32,000 nucleotides of DNA from Candidatus Saccharimonadota bacterium (lineage in GTDB: Bacteria > Patescibacteriota > Patescibacteriia > 2-12-FULL-60-25). A program made the translations under genes and the position numbers. Shown here piece after piece: positions 23,826 through 32,000 of the stretch (its first letter is position 1; each line of letters begins with the position of its first letter). The stretch lies in the NCBI GenBank assembly GCA_963718585.1, contig OY970357.1, positions 870,001 to 902,000 of the forward strand, written 5' to 3'. The notes beneath the pieces are model-generated. The model ran no database searches. It was not told the origin of the DNA and saw nothing but the letters and a program-made list of their open reading frames with translations.

Positions 23826-24791
23826 ATGAAAACCCCTCTCCCGGCGACGTTCGCCCACCTGCATCATGCGATCCGCACGTCGGACCGCATTTTGCTCGTG
23901 GCGCATAAAAAGCCGGATGGAGACACGCTTGGCTCGAGCTCAAGCGTCCTCAACTGGCTTCTGCGCGAAGGGAAGGATGTCACCGCGTTCTGTCTCGACA
24001 CGCCACCCGTCGTGTTCCGCTACCTCGATAACATCCATCAGTATACGAATGACCCGTCGGTCTTCGATCAGCCCTATGACCTGGTCATCATCTTCGATTC
24101 CGGGGATCTGAAATACTGCGGCGTGGACGCGTTCATCCCACGCCTGCCGCCCGGCTACCTCCTCGTGAATCTGGACCACCATCGGACCAATACGCATTTT
24201 GCGCATCTCAACATCGTCCTAACAGATGCGAGCTCCACGGCCGAGGTCGTCCATCGGTTCTACGAGGCGAATCGGATCCGTATCGACAGCGCGATGGCGA
24301 CATCACTCCTGACCGGCCTTTTCACCGACACCTCAAGCTTCACGAACGCGGCGACCAACCCGATCGCGGTCCGCGCCGCGTCGAAACTTCTCGCAGCCGG
24401 CGGACGCCAGCGCGACATCGAGATCCATCTCATGCATGACAAGACCGTCCCATCGCTCCGTATCTGGGGTACGATCCTCTCCCGCCTGCGGTACGACCGG
24501 ACGCACGACGTGGCCACCACTTATTTGATGCGATCAGATGCGAAAGAAGTCTCCACGGACATCATCGAAGGCGTCTCGAATTTCCTCGCTGCCATGCTGG
24601 GTGAGACCGACACGATCTGTTTCCTCCGAGAGCTTCCGGACAACAAAGTGAAGGGGTCGTTCCGCAGTCATACGCGCGACGTCAGCAAGGTCGCCATGCT
24701 CATGGGCGGGGGCGGCCACAAGCTCGCGGCCGGTTTCACGGTCGACGGACATATCGAAGAAACCTCAAACGGCCCGCGGATCGCGGTGTGA
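23826..24791 (+). CDS. DHH/DHHA1-family phosphoesterase (NrnA/CnpB-like nanoRNase or cyclic-dinucleotide phosphodiesterase)
   Basis: 321 aa. It has the motifs ILLVAHKKPDGDTLGSS, IIFDSGD and NLDHHRTN (DHH), plus the C-terminal GGGGHKLAAGF (DHHA1). An rbfA-DHH adjacency is also seen in actinobacterial nusA-infB-rbfA-cnpB clusters; this point is from memory. Confidence 0.85.
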   Translation: MKTPLPATFAHLHHAIRTSDRILLVAHKKPDGDTLGSSSSVLNWLLREGKDVTAFCLDTPPVVFRYLDNIHQYTNDPSVFDQPYDLVIIFDSGDLKYCGVDAFIPRLPPGYLLVNLDHHRTNTHFAHLNIVLTDASSTAEVVHRFYEANRIRIDSAMATSLLTGLFTDTSSFTNAATNPIAVRAASKLLAAGGRQRDIEIHLMHDKTVPSLRIWGTILSRLRYDRTHDVATTYLMRSDAKEVSTDIIEGVSNFLAAMLGETDTICFLRELPDNKVKGSFRSHTRDVSKVAMLMGGGGHKLAAGFTVDGHIEETSNGPRIAV

Positions 24792-24796
24792 TCTTA

Positions 24797-24823
24797 TTAG
24801 CAGTCGGTGCTTTTGACTGCTAA
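24797..24823. promoter_or_regulatory. CIRCE-architecture inverted repeat (TTAGCAGTC-N9-GACTGCTAA), putative HrcA-type operator overlapping the clpP promoter
   Basis: It is a perfect 9-bp inverted repeat with a 9-nt spacer. It differs from the CIRCE consensus TTAGCACTC-N9-GAGTGCTAA by one symmetric change per arm. The right arm overlaps the -35. Confidence 0.6.
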
Positions 24824-24841
24824 ATCAGGATAAGCTATGCT
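24813..24841 (+). promoter_or_regulatory. candidate clpP promoter (TTGACT-17-TATGCT)
   Basis: The -35 is at 24813-24818, followed by a 17-nt spacer and the -10 at 24836-24841. The -10 ends 9 nt before the ATG, with no SD. Confidence 0.45.
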
Positions 24842-24850
24842 GAGCCCATT

Positions 24851-25459
24851 ATGCGAAATCCCTACGAAATCAACGACAACTACCTGATCCCAACGGTCAT
24901 CGAAAAGACCAGCTATGGCGAACGCGCGTATGATATCTACTCGCGTCTGCTCAAGGACCGGATCATCATGCTCGGCTCCCCGATCGACGACGGCGTGTCC
25001 AATACGATCGTGGCCCAACTCCTCTTCCTTGAAAGCCAGGACAAGACCAAGGACATCAAGCTTTACATCAACTCCCCGGGTGGGAGCGTGACGGCCGGCC
25101 TCGCGATCTACGACACGATGCAGCACGTGGCGTGCGACGTGCAGACCATCTGCATCGGCATGGCCGCCTCCATGGGCGCGGTACTCCTCGCCGGCGGTGC
25201 ATCGAAAAAACGTTTCGCGCTCCCCAACTCCGAGATCATGATCCACCAGCCGCTGGGCGGCGTGGAGGGCCAGGCGACGGACATCAAGATCCGCGCAGAA
25301 CGCATCCTGAAGACCAAGGATCAGCTCAACAAGATCCTCGCCAAGCACACGGGACAAAGCCTGAAGAAAGTCGAGGTGGATACGGACCGCGATTATTTCA
25401 TGGATCCCAAACAAGCCCTCGATTACGGCCTCGTCGACAAGGTCATCACACAGAAATAA
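24851..25459 (+). CDS. clpP: ATP-dependent Clp protease proteolytic subunit
   Basis: 202 aa. The translation [35 protein letters not shown]...[19 protein letters not shown]...[14 protein letters not shown]...MIHQPLGG is unmistakably ClpP. Confidence 0.97.
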   Translation: MRNPYEINDNYLIPTVIEKTSYGERAYDIYSRLLKDRIIMLGSPIDDGVSNTIVAQLLFLESQDKTKDIKLYINSPGGSVTAGLAIYDTMQHVACDVQTICIGMAASMGAVLLAGGASKKRFALPNSEIMIHQPLGGVEGQATDIKIRAERILKTKDQLNKILAKHTGQSLKKVEVDTDRDYFMDPKQALDYGLVDKVITQK

Positions 25460-25466
25460 ATGGATC

Positions 25467-25497
25467 AAAAAAACGCTCCCGTCCGGGAGCGTTTTTC
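25467..25497. terminator. bidirectional rho-independent terminator between convergent clpP and gyrA
   Basis: A7-ACGCTCCC-GTCC-GGGAGCGT-T5. The stem is at 25473-25480/25485-25492 and abuts the gyrA stop at 25498. Confidence 0.8.
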
Positions 25498-27996
25498 TTA
25501 TTCCTCTTTGAGCCCTTCGCTGATCACTTTGCCGATGAAGGTGACGCCGGAGACGTGATCGCCCCCTTCTTTAAAGCGCATGATCCGCACGCCCTGCGTG
25601 TCACGCCCGATGGAGGAGATGCTCTTGAACGGCGTCCGGAGTACGATCCCCTTTTTGGACATGATCATGAGGTCCCGGTCATCATCTGCGGATGAGACAT
25701 ACGCCGCCACGACACCGCCGGTCTTGGCCGTCACGCGCATCGTTCGGATCCCGGATCCCCCGCGGCCTTGGACCTTGTATTCCGACAGGTTCGTCCGCTT
25801 CCCAAGCCCATTCTCCGCGATGGTGAAGATCTCGAGATGGCCCTTCTTCACGAGCGATGGAATGACGACATCCATCCCCACGACCACATCACCCTTCTTG
25901 AGGTTGATCCCACGCACGCCGGCGGCGGTCCGCCCCATCCCGCGCACGCCCGACTCCTTGAACCGGATAGACTGCCCGTTTTTGGTCACCAGGACGATCT
26001 CATCATTCCCGGACGAGGGCTTCACCCATAACAGATCGTCGCCGGTCTTGAGCGTGATCGCGATGAGGCCGGTGCGCCGCATGTTCTCGAACTCCTCGAG
26101 CGCTGTCTTCTTGATCGTCCCCTGCTTCGTGACCATGACGAGATATTTCGCTCCTTCCATGTCACCCAATGCGAGGACGGTCGCGACCTTTTCCCCCGGC
26201 GCAAGCTGGAGGAAGTTCACGATCGCCTGGCCTTTGGACGTCCGGCTGCCGACCGGCACGTCATACGCCTTCATCTGGAAGACGCGGCCACGCGTCGTGA
26301 AGAAGAGGATGTCTGCGTGCGTATTCGTCGAGAAGATATGCTCGACCTGATCCTCTTCCTTGGTCGTGAGGCCAGCCACGCCCCGTCCACCGCGTCCTTG
26401 GGAGCGGAATGTCTCTGGCGGCACACGCTTCACGTATCCGTCGGCCGTAAGCATGACGATCGTCGGTTCATCCGGCACCAGATCCTCCATGGAGAACTCG
26501 CCGACCGGAGACTTCACGACCTGCGTGCGCCGTTCATCGCCATACTTCTCCTTCATCTCGACGATCTCGGTCTTGATGAGGTCGAGGATCTTCTTCGCAG
26601 ACTTGAGGAGCGATTCCAGTTCCTTGATGATCTCCATCTTCTCATTGTATTCCTGCTCGATCCTGATCCGTTCGAGGCTCGCGAGAGATTGGAGCCGCAT
26701 CTCAAGGATGGCCTGCGCCTGGATCTCGGTCATCTTGAACTTCTTTACGAGATTGACCTTGGCCTCATCCTTGTCCTTGGACTTTTTGATCGTCGCGATC
26801 ACCTCGTCGATATTCGCGAGCGCGATGCGCAACCCTTCGAGGATATGCGCGCGTTCCTTAGCACGGGCGAGATCGTACTCTGCGCGGCGACGCACGACGG
26901 TCTGTCGATGTTTGACGTACTCCTCGAGGATGTTCTTGAGCGTGAGCACGCGCGGCTGGATCCCATCCACGAGCGCAAGCATGTTGACGTGGAAGGTCAC
27001 CTGCAATTGCGAATGCTTGAACAGCTGATTCAGGACCTTCTTGGGATAGGCGTCCTTTTTGAGTTCAATGACGACGCGGATCCCTTTCTTGTTCGACTCG
27101 TCGCGAATATCCCGGATCCCTTCGATCTTTTTCAACTGGACGAGTTCTGCGATCTTCTCAATGAGCGAGGACTTGTTCACCTGATACGGGATCTCGGTCA
27201 CGATGATCGCGAAGCCGGATTTCTGCTCTACGATCTCGGTCTTCGCGCGCGTCACGATCCCGCCTTTGCCCATGGCGTACGCGGATTTGATCTCGCTCTG
27301 GTTGTAGATGATGCCGCCGGTCGGAAAATCCGGGCCTTTGACGTATTTCAATAGGCCATCGACCGTGATCTCCGGATCATCGATATATGCGATCGTCGCG
27401 TCACAGATCTCGGTCAGGTTATGCGGCGGGATGTTCGTGGCCATGCCGACCGCGATGCCCAAGGTACCGTTCACGAGGAGATTCGGGAGCTTCGCCGGGA
27501 GCACGGTCGGTTCGTTGACCGAACCGTCGAAGTTCGGACGGAAATCCACAGTGTCACGGTCGATGTCCTGCAACATCTCCTCGGAGATCGCCTGGAGTTT
27601 GGATTCGGTATATCGATATGCCGCGGCGCTGTCACCGTCGATGGAACCGAAGTTCCCTTGCCCACGAATGAGCGGATAGCGCAGAGAAAAGTCCTGCGCC
27701 ATACGAACAAGCGATTCGTAGACCGCAGAATCGCCGTGCGGGTGATATTTACCGAGCACGTCTCCGACCACGGTCGCGCATTTCTTGAATTTGGATGTGG
27801 AGCGTAGTCCGCTCTGCCACATGGAGTACAGGATGCGGCGATGCACGGGCTTGAGCCCGTCGCGGACATCGGGGAGGGCGCGATCCACGATCACGCTCAT
27901 GGCGTAATCGAGGAACGAACTGCGCATCTCGGTGACGATGTCGTGCGATTCGATTTCGCCGGCCGTCTCAAATGAGGATCGTTGCTGTTCAGCCAT
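25498..27996 (-). CDS. gyrA: DNA gyrase subunit A
   Basis: 832 aa. It contains [55 protein letters not shown] and the active-site region [12 protein letters not shown]-terminal beta-pinwheel repeats are present. Confidence 0.97.
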   Translation of the reverse strand: MAEQQRSSFETAGEIESHDIVTEMRSSFLDYAMSVIVDRALPDVRDGLKPVHRRILYSMWQSGLRSTSKFKKCATVVGDVLGKYHPHGDSAVYESLVRMAQDFSLRYPLIRGQGNFGSIDGDSAAAYRYTESKLQAISEEMLQDIDRDTVDFRPNFDGSVNEPTVLPAKLPNLLVNGTLGIAVGMATNIPPHNLTEICDATIAYIDDPEITVDGLLKYVKGPDFPTGGIIYNQSEIKSAYAMGKGGIVTRAKTEIVEQKSGFAIIVTEIPYQVNKSSLIEKIAELVQLKKIEGIRDIRDESNKKGIRVVIELKKDAYPKKVLNQLFKHSQLQVTFHVNMLALVDGIQPRVLTLKNILEEYVKHRQTVVRRRAEYDLARAKERAHILEGLRIALANIDEVIATIKKSKDKDEAKVNLVKKFKMTEIQAQAILEMRLQSLASLERIRIEQEYNEKMEIIKELESLLKSAKKILDLIKTEIVEMKEKYGDERRTQVVKSPVGEFSMEDLVPDEPTIVMLTADGYVKRVPPETFRSQGRGGRGVAGLTTKEEDQVEHIFSTNTHADILFFTTRGRVFQMKAYDVPVGSRTSKGQAIVNFLQLAPGEKVATVLALGDMEGAKYLVMVTKQGTIKKTALEEFENMRRTGLIAITLKTGDDLLWVKPSSGNDEIVLVTKNGQSIRFKESGVRGMGRTAAGVRGINLKKGDVVVGMDVVIPSLVKKGHLEIFTIAENGLGKRTNLSEYKVQGRGGSGIRTMRVTAKTGGVVAAYVSSADDDRDLMIMSKKGIVLRTPFKSISSIGRDTQGVRIMRFKEGGDHVSGVTFIGKVISEGLKEE

Positions 27997-28011
27997 AGAG
28001 AGATTTCAGGA

Positions 28012-28560
28012 TCACGGAGTGGTTGTCTTGGATGATGTTGATGGGGATCCGGGGGTAAAGATGTCACCACGGGTCGTGTCGGTCGCCGAGACGATCGCCG
28101 CCATCCGATCAAGGGCGGTCTGCTGTGCGTCCGTCTGCGTCTGAAGGGCTTCAAGTTTGGATTGCGCGGCGTTCAGGGTATCCGCGACATCATTGCTCTG
28201 CACGGTCACGTCCTGTGCCTGCGCCGCTTGGACGACGGATGCAACACTCCCATGCGCCGAAGACGATAGGTTCTTCAACGGATCGAAGACCGTCGAACCG
28301 ACGGTCCACCACCAGCCAAGTGCCACAACGAAAGCGGCGACCGCGACACCCGCCCAGACGGTCATCGCCTGTATGGGATCATGCGCATCGCGCATCGCTG
28401 CGTGCGCAAGGATCAACTGACGTTTCTCATCCCCACGCATGATATGCGGCCTCGACTCCTGCTTCGATTCGCTCCGTGTCTTGGTCGAGCGACGGCGCAC
28501 CGGCGCCCGCTTCATGGATTTGGCGGGTTTCGCTGTTGTGGAGCGTCGTTTGATCGGCAT
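28012..28560 (-). CDS. hypothetical single-pass membrane protein (basic N-terminus, one TM, Q/A-rich ectodomain)
   Basis: I take the start at MPIKRRSTTAKPAK (ATG 28560) to avoid a 35-nt overlap with the upstream gene; the longer start at 28638 remains possible. The TM is MTVWAGVAVAAFVVALGWWW. It ends 15 nt before gyrA. Confidence 0.55.
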   Translation of the reverse strand: MPIKRRSTTAKPAKSMKRAPVRRRSTKTRSESKQESRPHIMRGDEKRQLILAHAAMRDAHDPIQAMTVWAGVAVAAFVVALGWWWTVGSTVFDPLKNLSSSAHGSVASVVQAAQAQDVTVQSNDVADTLNAAQSKLEALQTQTDAQQTALDRMAAIVSATDTTRGDIFTPGSPSTSSKTTTP

Positions 28561-28603
28561 AAGTTGAAATGATTCTATCGTGAGATCTCGCGTTTCAGAA
28601 CGT

Positions 28604-29251
28604 TCATGCGCGTTCGAGGACCGCGACGACCAGCTCATCCGACGGCAGATCCTTCCGACTGATCTTCAGCCTGTTGGAATCCTGCCGCTGACAGACGCCG
28701 AGCGCCTTGCAGAAGTCATCGACACTTTCGAGCTTCGCTTTGATCCCCGGAATGCTGTAATTCAACGGAATGACGATCCGCGGTTCGATGCGGGAGATCG
28801 TCTCGCTCGCCTGTTTGGATCCGAGGACATCTCCGCCGCCCACGGGCAACAAAAGAATATCGACATCACCAAGCTCTTCGACCTCCATGTCTGAAAGCGG
28901 CCGATGGAGCTGACCGAGGAATCCGAGTGCCATCCCTTCAGCGACGAACCGGTAGACCACCGGACGAAGTTTCGTCCCCTTATCGATCTCTGGATCCTGC
29001 ACACCCTGGACGAACATGCCGCCGACCTCATACTCGCCCGGATCGCTGACCTGGAACGGCTCACCAGCCACGCCTTCGAGGTTGAACCGCTTCGGATCCT
29101 GATGGGACAGGACGAGCACATCCGGCTCGACCGTGCGCGGAAACCGCAATGAAGCCTCGTTCGGATACGGGTCGGTCAATAACGTAGCCTCTTTTTCTCC
29201 GTGCTTTGATTCGATCCGAACGGAGGAATATCCATGCCAGAAGATCTGCAT
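28604..29251 (-). CDS. MBL-fold (UPF0173-like) hydrolase homologue with an apparently degenerate metal motif
   Basis: I take the start at MQIFWHGYSSVRIES (ATG 29251), which is the typical N-terminus of this family. VLVLSHQDPKRF sits where H-x-H-x-D-H is expected. The LLLPVGGG segment is typical of the fold. Confidence 0.65.
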   Translation of the reverse strand: MQIFWHGYSSVRIESKHGEKEATLLTDPYPNEASLRFPRTVEPDVLVLSHQDPKRFNLEGVAGEPFQVSDPGEYEVGGMFVQGVQDPEIDKGTKLRPVVYRFVAEGMALGFLGQLHRPLSDMEVEELGDVDILLLPVGGGDVLGSKQASETISRIEPRIVIPLNYSIPGIKAKLESVDDFCKALGVCQRQDSNRLKISRKDLPSDELVVAVLERA

Positions 29252-29285
29252 AAGTGGGCGTTTTCGGGGGTCGCTAAGTGCCAAC

Positions 29286-29294
29286 ATATTAGCA
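29286..29294 (-). promoter_or_regulatory. candidate extended -10 promoter (TGCTAATAT) upstream of the MBL-fold gene
   Basis: The minus strand reads cTGCTAATATgttgg, 34 nt upstream of the ATG at 29251. A weak -35 TTGTTT lies at 17-nt spacing. Confidence 0.3.
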
Positions 29295-29338
29295 GAAATA
29301 GGCCATAAAAACAATGGAAAAATCAAGGGTCTATTCCT

Positions 29339-30313
29339 TCAGGAAAGCACCGCCAGGATGGCTGCGGCAAGGAGGTCTGGATCGTGGCGAAAGAGGCTCC
29401 GTTTGAGGGCATCGCCTTTGATCGCATCCTGGGTCACAGACGTGATGAGCGGGGTGCGCAGGACCCGTGGCGGACCATCACCGAGGTCATCGAGCACGGG
29501 CTGCTCCCCGGCGAGGACATAGCGGTCGTACACATCCGGTGGCGGAGCGATGGAATTGACGACGACGGCAGAGAGCTGTGCCGGCGCGAGATACGGCGCC
29601 AAGGCGTCACAGATACGCTGGGCCGTGAACCCGTCGGTCTGTCCTCGTTTCGTTGCGAGATTCAGGACGAAGACGACCTGTGCACCCGAGTCCGCGATGG
29701 CCTGTGCAACCCCTTCGACGAGCAAGACCGGCACCAGGCTCGTATACAAGTCGCCTGGTCCAAGCACGATCACATCCGCCGCGCGGATCGCCTCGAGCGC
29801 ATCCGGATTTGCCGCCACCGAAGGCGAAAGGAAGCATCGTGCGATCGCAGCCCGTTCTCCATCTGGCGCATCGATCGCATGCTCACCCACCACGACGGTC
29901 TGATCTTCGAGTTCCGCAAAGAGATCCGATGCCACAGCAGAGACCGGGATCACGCGACCGCGGACATTCAAAATACGATGTGCCTCACGCACGGCTCTCA
30001 ACGGATCTCCGGTCACTTTTTCCAATGCAGACAAAAAGAGATTGCCGAACGTGTGACCAGACAGGCCGCCTTCGTGGAACCGATAGGTGAAAAGACTGCG
30101 AAGTGACTCATCCCCATCCGCAAGCGCGACAAGGCATTGCCGGATATCGCCCGGCGGCAGGACCCCGAGCTCATCCCGAAGCACACCGGTCGATCCGCCG
30201 TTGTCTGCGATGCTCACGATCGCCGTGAGATCGACGGGATGATGCTTCAGTCCGGACAGGACCGTGAACGTCCCCGTCCCGCCTCCCAGCACGGCGATCT
30301 TCTTCTTCGACAT
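29339..30313 (-). CDS. yvcK: YvcK/CofD-family protein (gluconeogenesis factor-like, UPF0052)
   Basis: I take the start at MSKKKIAVLGGGTGTF (ATG 30313). KIAVLGGGTGTFTVLSGLKHHPVDLTAIVSIADNGGSTGVLRDELGVLPPGDIRQCLVALA closely follows the YvcK signature. It overlaps the galT-like stop by 12 nt. Confidence 0.85.
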   Translation of the reverse strand: MSKKKIAVLGGGTGTFTVLSGLKHHPVDLTAIVSIADNGGSTGVLRDELGVLPPGDIRQCLVALADGDESLRSLFTYRFHEGGLSGHTFGNLFLSALEKVTGDPLRAVREAHRILNVRGRVIPVSAVASDLFAELEDQTVVVGEHAIDAPDGERAAIARCFLSPSVAANPDALEAIRAADVIVLGPGDLYTSLVPVLLVEGVAQAIADSGAQVVFVLNLATKRGQTDGFTAQRICDALAPYLAPAQLSAVVVNSIAPPPDVYDRYVLAGEQPVLDDLGDGPPRVLRTPLITSVTQDAIKGDALKRSLFRHDPDLLAAAILAVLS

Positions 30314-30323
30314 GAGGGCCACC

Positions 30324-31277
30324 CTAAGAGGTGCGCTTCTTTTTTGCCAGGGTATACTCGTGCGCCGCACATTCGGCAGGAACGGCGTTCACGACGATAC
30401 CCGCATCAAGCTCAAACCCGCCCCACACATTCGCTCGTGGAACGAAATGGATCTCGAAGAATTCATCCTTCTGCCCGAAGACATCATGAAAATACAGATT
30501 GTACGGATACCCACGCTCCCGGACGAGCGGAAAGAGCGCATGAAGTGCCCGGGCAAAGGATCGCCGTTCCGCCGCCGTCGCCTCGGTCACATTATCGATC
30601 CGCCGCCGCGTCAGGATCCGGACCCCATACGCGAATCGGGAGACCGGGTCCGCAAATGCGACCACCAAGCGATCCGCGTAGATCGTCCGTGCTGGAGTCG
30701 CTTCGGCCAAGGCGAGCGCATGCGCGGTCTGATGATGTTTCATACGGATCCGTGTGCGCGCGCGGGCCATGCGTTTCAAACGTTCCGGGACGAACGGGAG
30801 CCCGAAGATCTGTGAATGCGGATGCGGTTGCGACGCACCGGCCGCCTTCCCTTCGTTCTTGAATACGACCATGAACTTCAACCGTGGATCCTGACGATAG
30901 ATACGACATCGCTCCGCCATCGCATCGATGGATGCCGTGATCCGTGCGACGGAGAATGCTGTGAACGGCGTCCGTGTCTGTCCTTCGACGAGGATCTCCT
31001 GCCGTCCTTCGATCGGTTTGGTTTGATGGAAGATGGGATACCTGTTCTCGACCACCGTCACCTGCCGATCCTTCGATCCATATGTCGCCAAGATGGTCTG
31101 TTCCTTCAACCCTGCAGGTGAAAAAGGGTCCTTCAAACGCTTTTGACCCAGTCCCTGCGGACGATACCGACGCGCCGGTGCAACGATGATGGTGTCGCCG
31201 GTCAACTCATCCGTGAACAGATGGGACGTATTCGGGTCTTTGAACGGATACGCGGGGCAAAGTGAGGATCGAGGCAT
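30324..31277 (-). CDS. galT: galactose-1-phosphate uridylyltransferase-like (GalT/HIT-superfamily) enzyme
   Basis: 317 aa. It has VVENRYPIF and NEGKAAGASQPHPHSQIFGLPFVP (the H-x-H-x-Q active-site motif). An SD GGAGGAG lies 3 nt upstream of the ATG. Confidence 0.8.
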   Translation of the reverse strand: MPRSSLCPAYPFKDPNTSHLFTDELTGDTIIVAPARRYRPQGLGQKRLKDPFSPAGLKEQTILATYGSKDRQVTVVENRYPIFHQTKPIEGRQEILVEGQTRTPFTAFSVARITASIDAMAERCRIYRQDPRLKFMVVFKNEGKAAGASQPHPHSQIFGLPFVPERLKRMARARTRIRMKHHQTAHALALAEATPARTIYADRLVVAFADPVSRFAYGVRILTRRRIDNVTEATAAERRSFARALHALFPLVRERGYPYNLYFHDVFGQKDEFFEIHFVPRANVWGGFELDAGIVVNAVPAECAAHEYTLAKKKRTS

Positions 31278-31330
31278 AGCTCCTCCATTCTACCGCATGG
31301 ATCGGATCACGTATGCTACGATGCCCTCAT

Positions 31331-31888
31331 ATGGCACTCATTCGACCTCTCGGCATCTTCAACGCCGGCGGTGGCGGCACAAAAAAGCCATCGAATACGC
31401 CTCCGTCCCAACCAGGGCGGACGCCCGTACCCGGACGAGGATTCCAGCATCCGACGGCAGGCGCCGGACACGGAACGGCGTCGACCCCGACCTTGGGTCG
31501 CGCAGAAAAGCGGCTTGCCGACATCAAAGCCTCGCTCCGCGCGAATCAGCAGACCGCCAAGAGTGCCGCACATCAAGGCGTGATCGCCCGACCGATGGAT
31601 CAAAATCTCTCGCGCTCGCTCGAACAGCGCCGTGCCGAAGTCCAGAGATCTGGCACCTCTGTCGCCCGCATCGGAAAAGGGACTGAAGGTTCGACGAGTG
31701 TCGAACGGCTTGGCGAGACCCCGGGAGGAGAACAGACCTCCGTTGCACGCCTCGGAAAGACGGAGTCGCCAGAAGCGGCACGCGGCTCCTCGGTCGCCCG
31801 TCTCCAGAACAAAGAACATCCGTCCTATCTCCCACCGCCTCCGCCACTTCCGCAAAACAAAAATACGAAATTCGGCGACATGTCCTGA
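31331..31888 (+). CDS. hypothetical low-complexity protein with four [ST]SV[AE]R[IL] repeats and a poly-Pro C-terminus
   Basis: The frame is supported because the repeat units are conserved as amino acids but use different codons (Ser tct/agt/tcc/tcg; Arg cgc/cgg/cgc/cgt). I take the start at 31331 (MALIRPLG...) because TGCTACGAT (31314-31322) is an extended -10 lying 8 nt upstream. The listed start at 31313 is the alternative. Confidence 0.5.
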   Translation: MALIRPLGIFNAGGGGTKKPSNTPPSQPGRTPVPGRGFQHPTAGAGHGTASTPTLGRAEKRLADIKASLRANQQTAKSAAHQGVIARPMDQNLSRSLEQRRAEVQRSGTSVARIGKGTEGSTSVERLGETPGGEQTSVARLGKTESPEAARGSSVARLQNKEHPSYLPPPPPLPQNKNTKFGDMS

Positions 31889-32000
31889 TCAAAGACGCTC
31901 GGCTATCGGCCGGGCGTCATGGTCTGTAGCGGATCAACGGTCAAATTCTGGCCAAGTCCGGAACCCGTGAAATCGCCTCCGCGAAAACTCCCCGGCATAG

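Noticed and set aside
31889-32000. Edge ORFs occur here: + strand ATG 31919 (MVCSGSTVKFWPSPEP...) and a minus-strand C-terminal fragment ending at 31903 (...GDFTGSGLGQNLTVDPLQTMTPGR*).
   Set aside because: Only about 30 codons of each are visible, their GC3 values are similar, and neither has motifs. The sequence is insufficient to call either.

Overview
The window is a compact, gene-dense stretch of a high-GC bacterial chromosome (roughly 55-60% GC by eye). The gene content and style suggest a reduced-genome, CPR/Patescibacteria-like organism. This rests on a short YidC, many overlapping gene junctions, small single-pass membrane proteins and one enormous Cys-rich secreted ORF. It is an inference, not a demonstrated fact. 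Housekeeping genes recognised from their translations are yidC, nusA, an Hsp20-family chaperone, a VanW-family protein, smc, rbfA, a DHH/DHHA1 phosphoesterase, clpP, gyrA, an MBL-fold hydrolase, a YvcK-family protein and a GalT-like uridylyltransferase. There is also an edge-truncated O-antigen-ligase-like gene that is missing from the supplied ORF track. The centre-piece is a two-gene cassette on the minus strand. A 239-aa single-pass membrane protein with a thrombospondin-type-3-like Ca-binding repeat is translationally coupled (ATGA) to a 10,887-nt ORF. That ORF encodes a 3,628-aa signal-peptide-bearing, Cys-rich protein. It carries two CBM/concanavalin-like jelly-roll modules, a recurring G-C-x-x-[YF]-x-D motif, a split PKD-like C-terminus and an internal low-GC block. 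I could not assign the giant protein as a whole to any family I know. Other points worth a second look are listed here.
- A (CTAGAAG)x14.5 heptanucleotide array with a downstream inverted degenerate copy lies between rbfA and the DHH gene.
- A CIRCE-architecture operator overlaps the clpP promoter.
- The SMC is hinge-less and short (739 aa).
- A promoter-driven structured RNA/leader sits upstream of a DUF3006-like/VanW operon.
- Extended -10 or leaderless promoter geometry recurs at several genes.
- A disordered protein carries four [ST]SV[AE]R[IL] repeats that are conserved at the protein level only.
No tRNA, rRNA, CRISPR array or transposase was seen.
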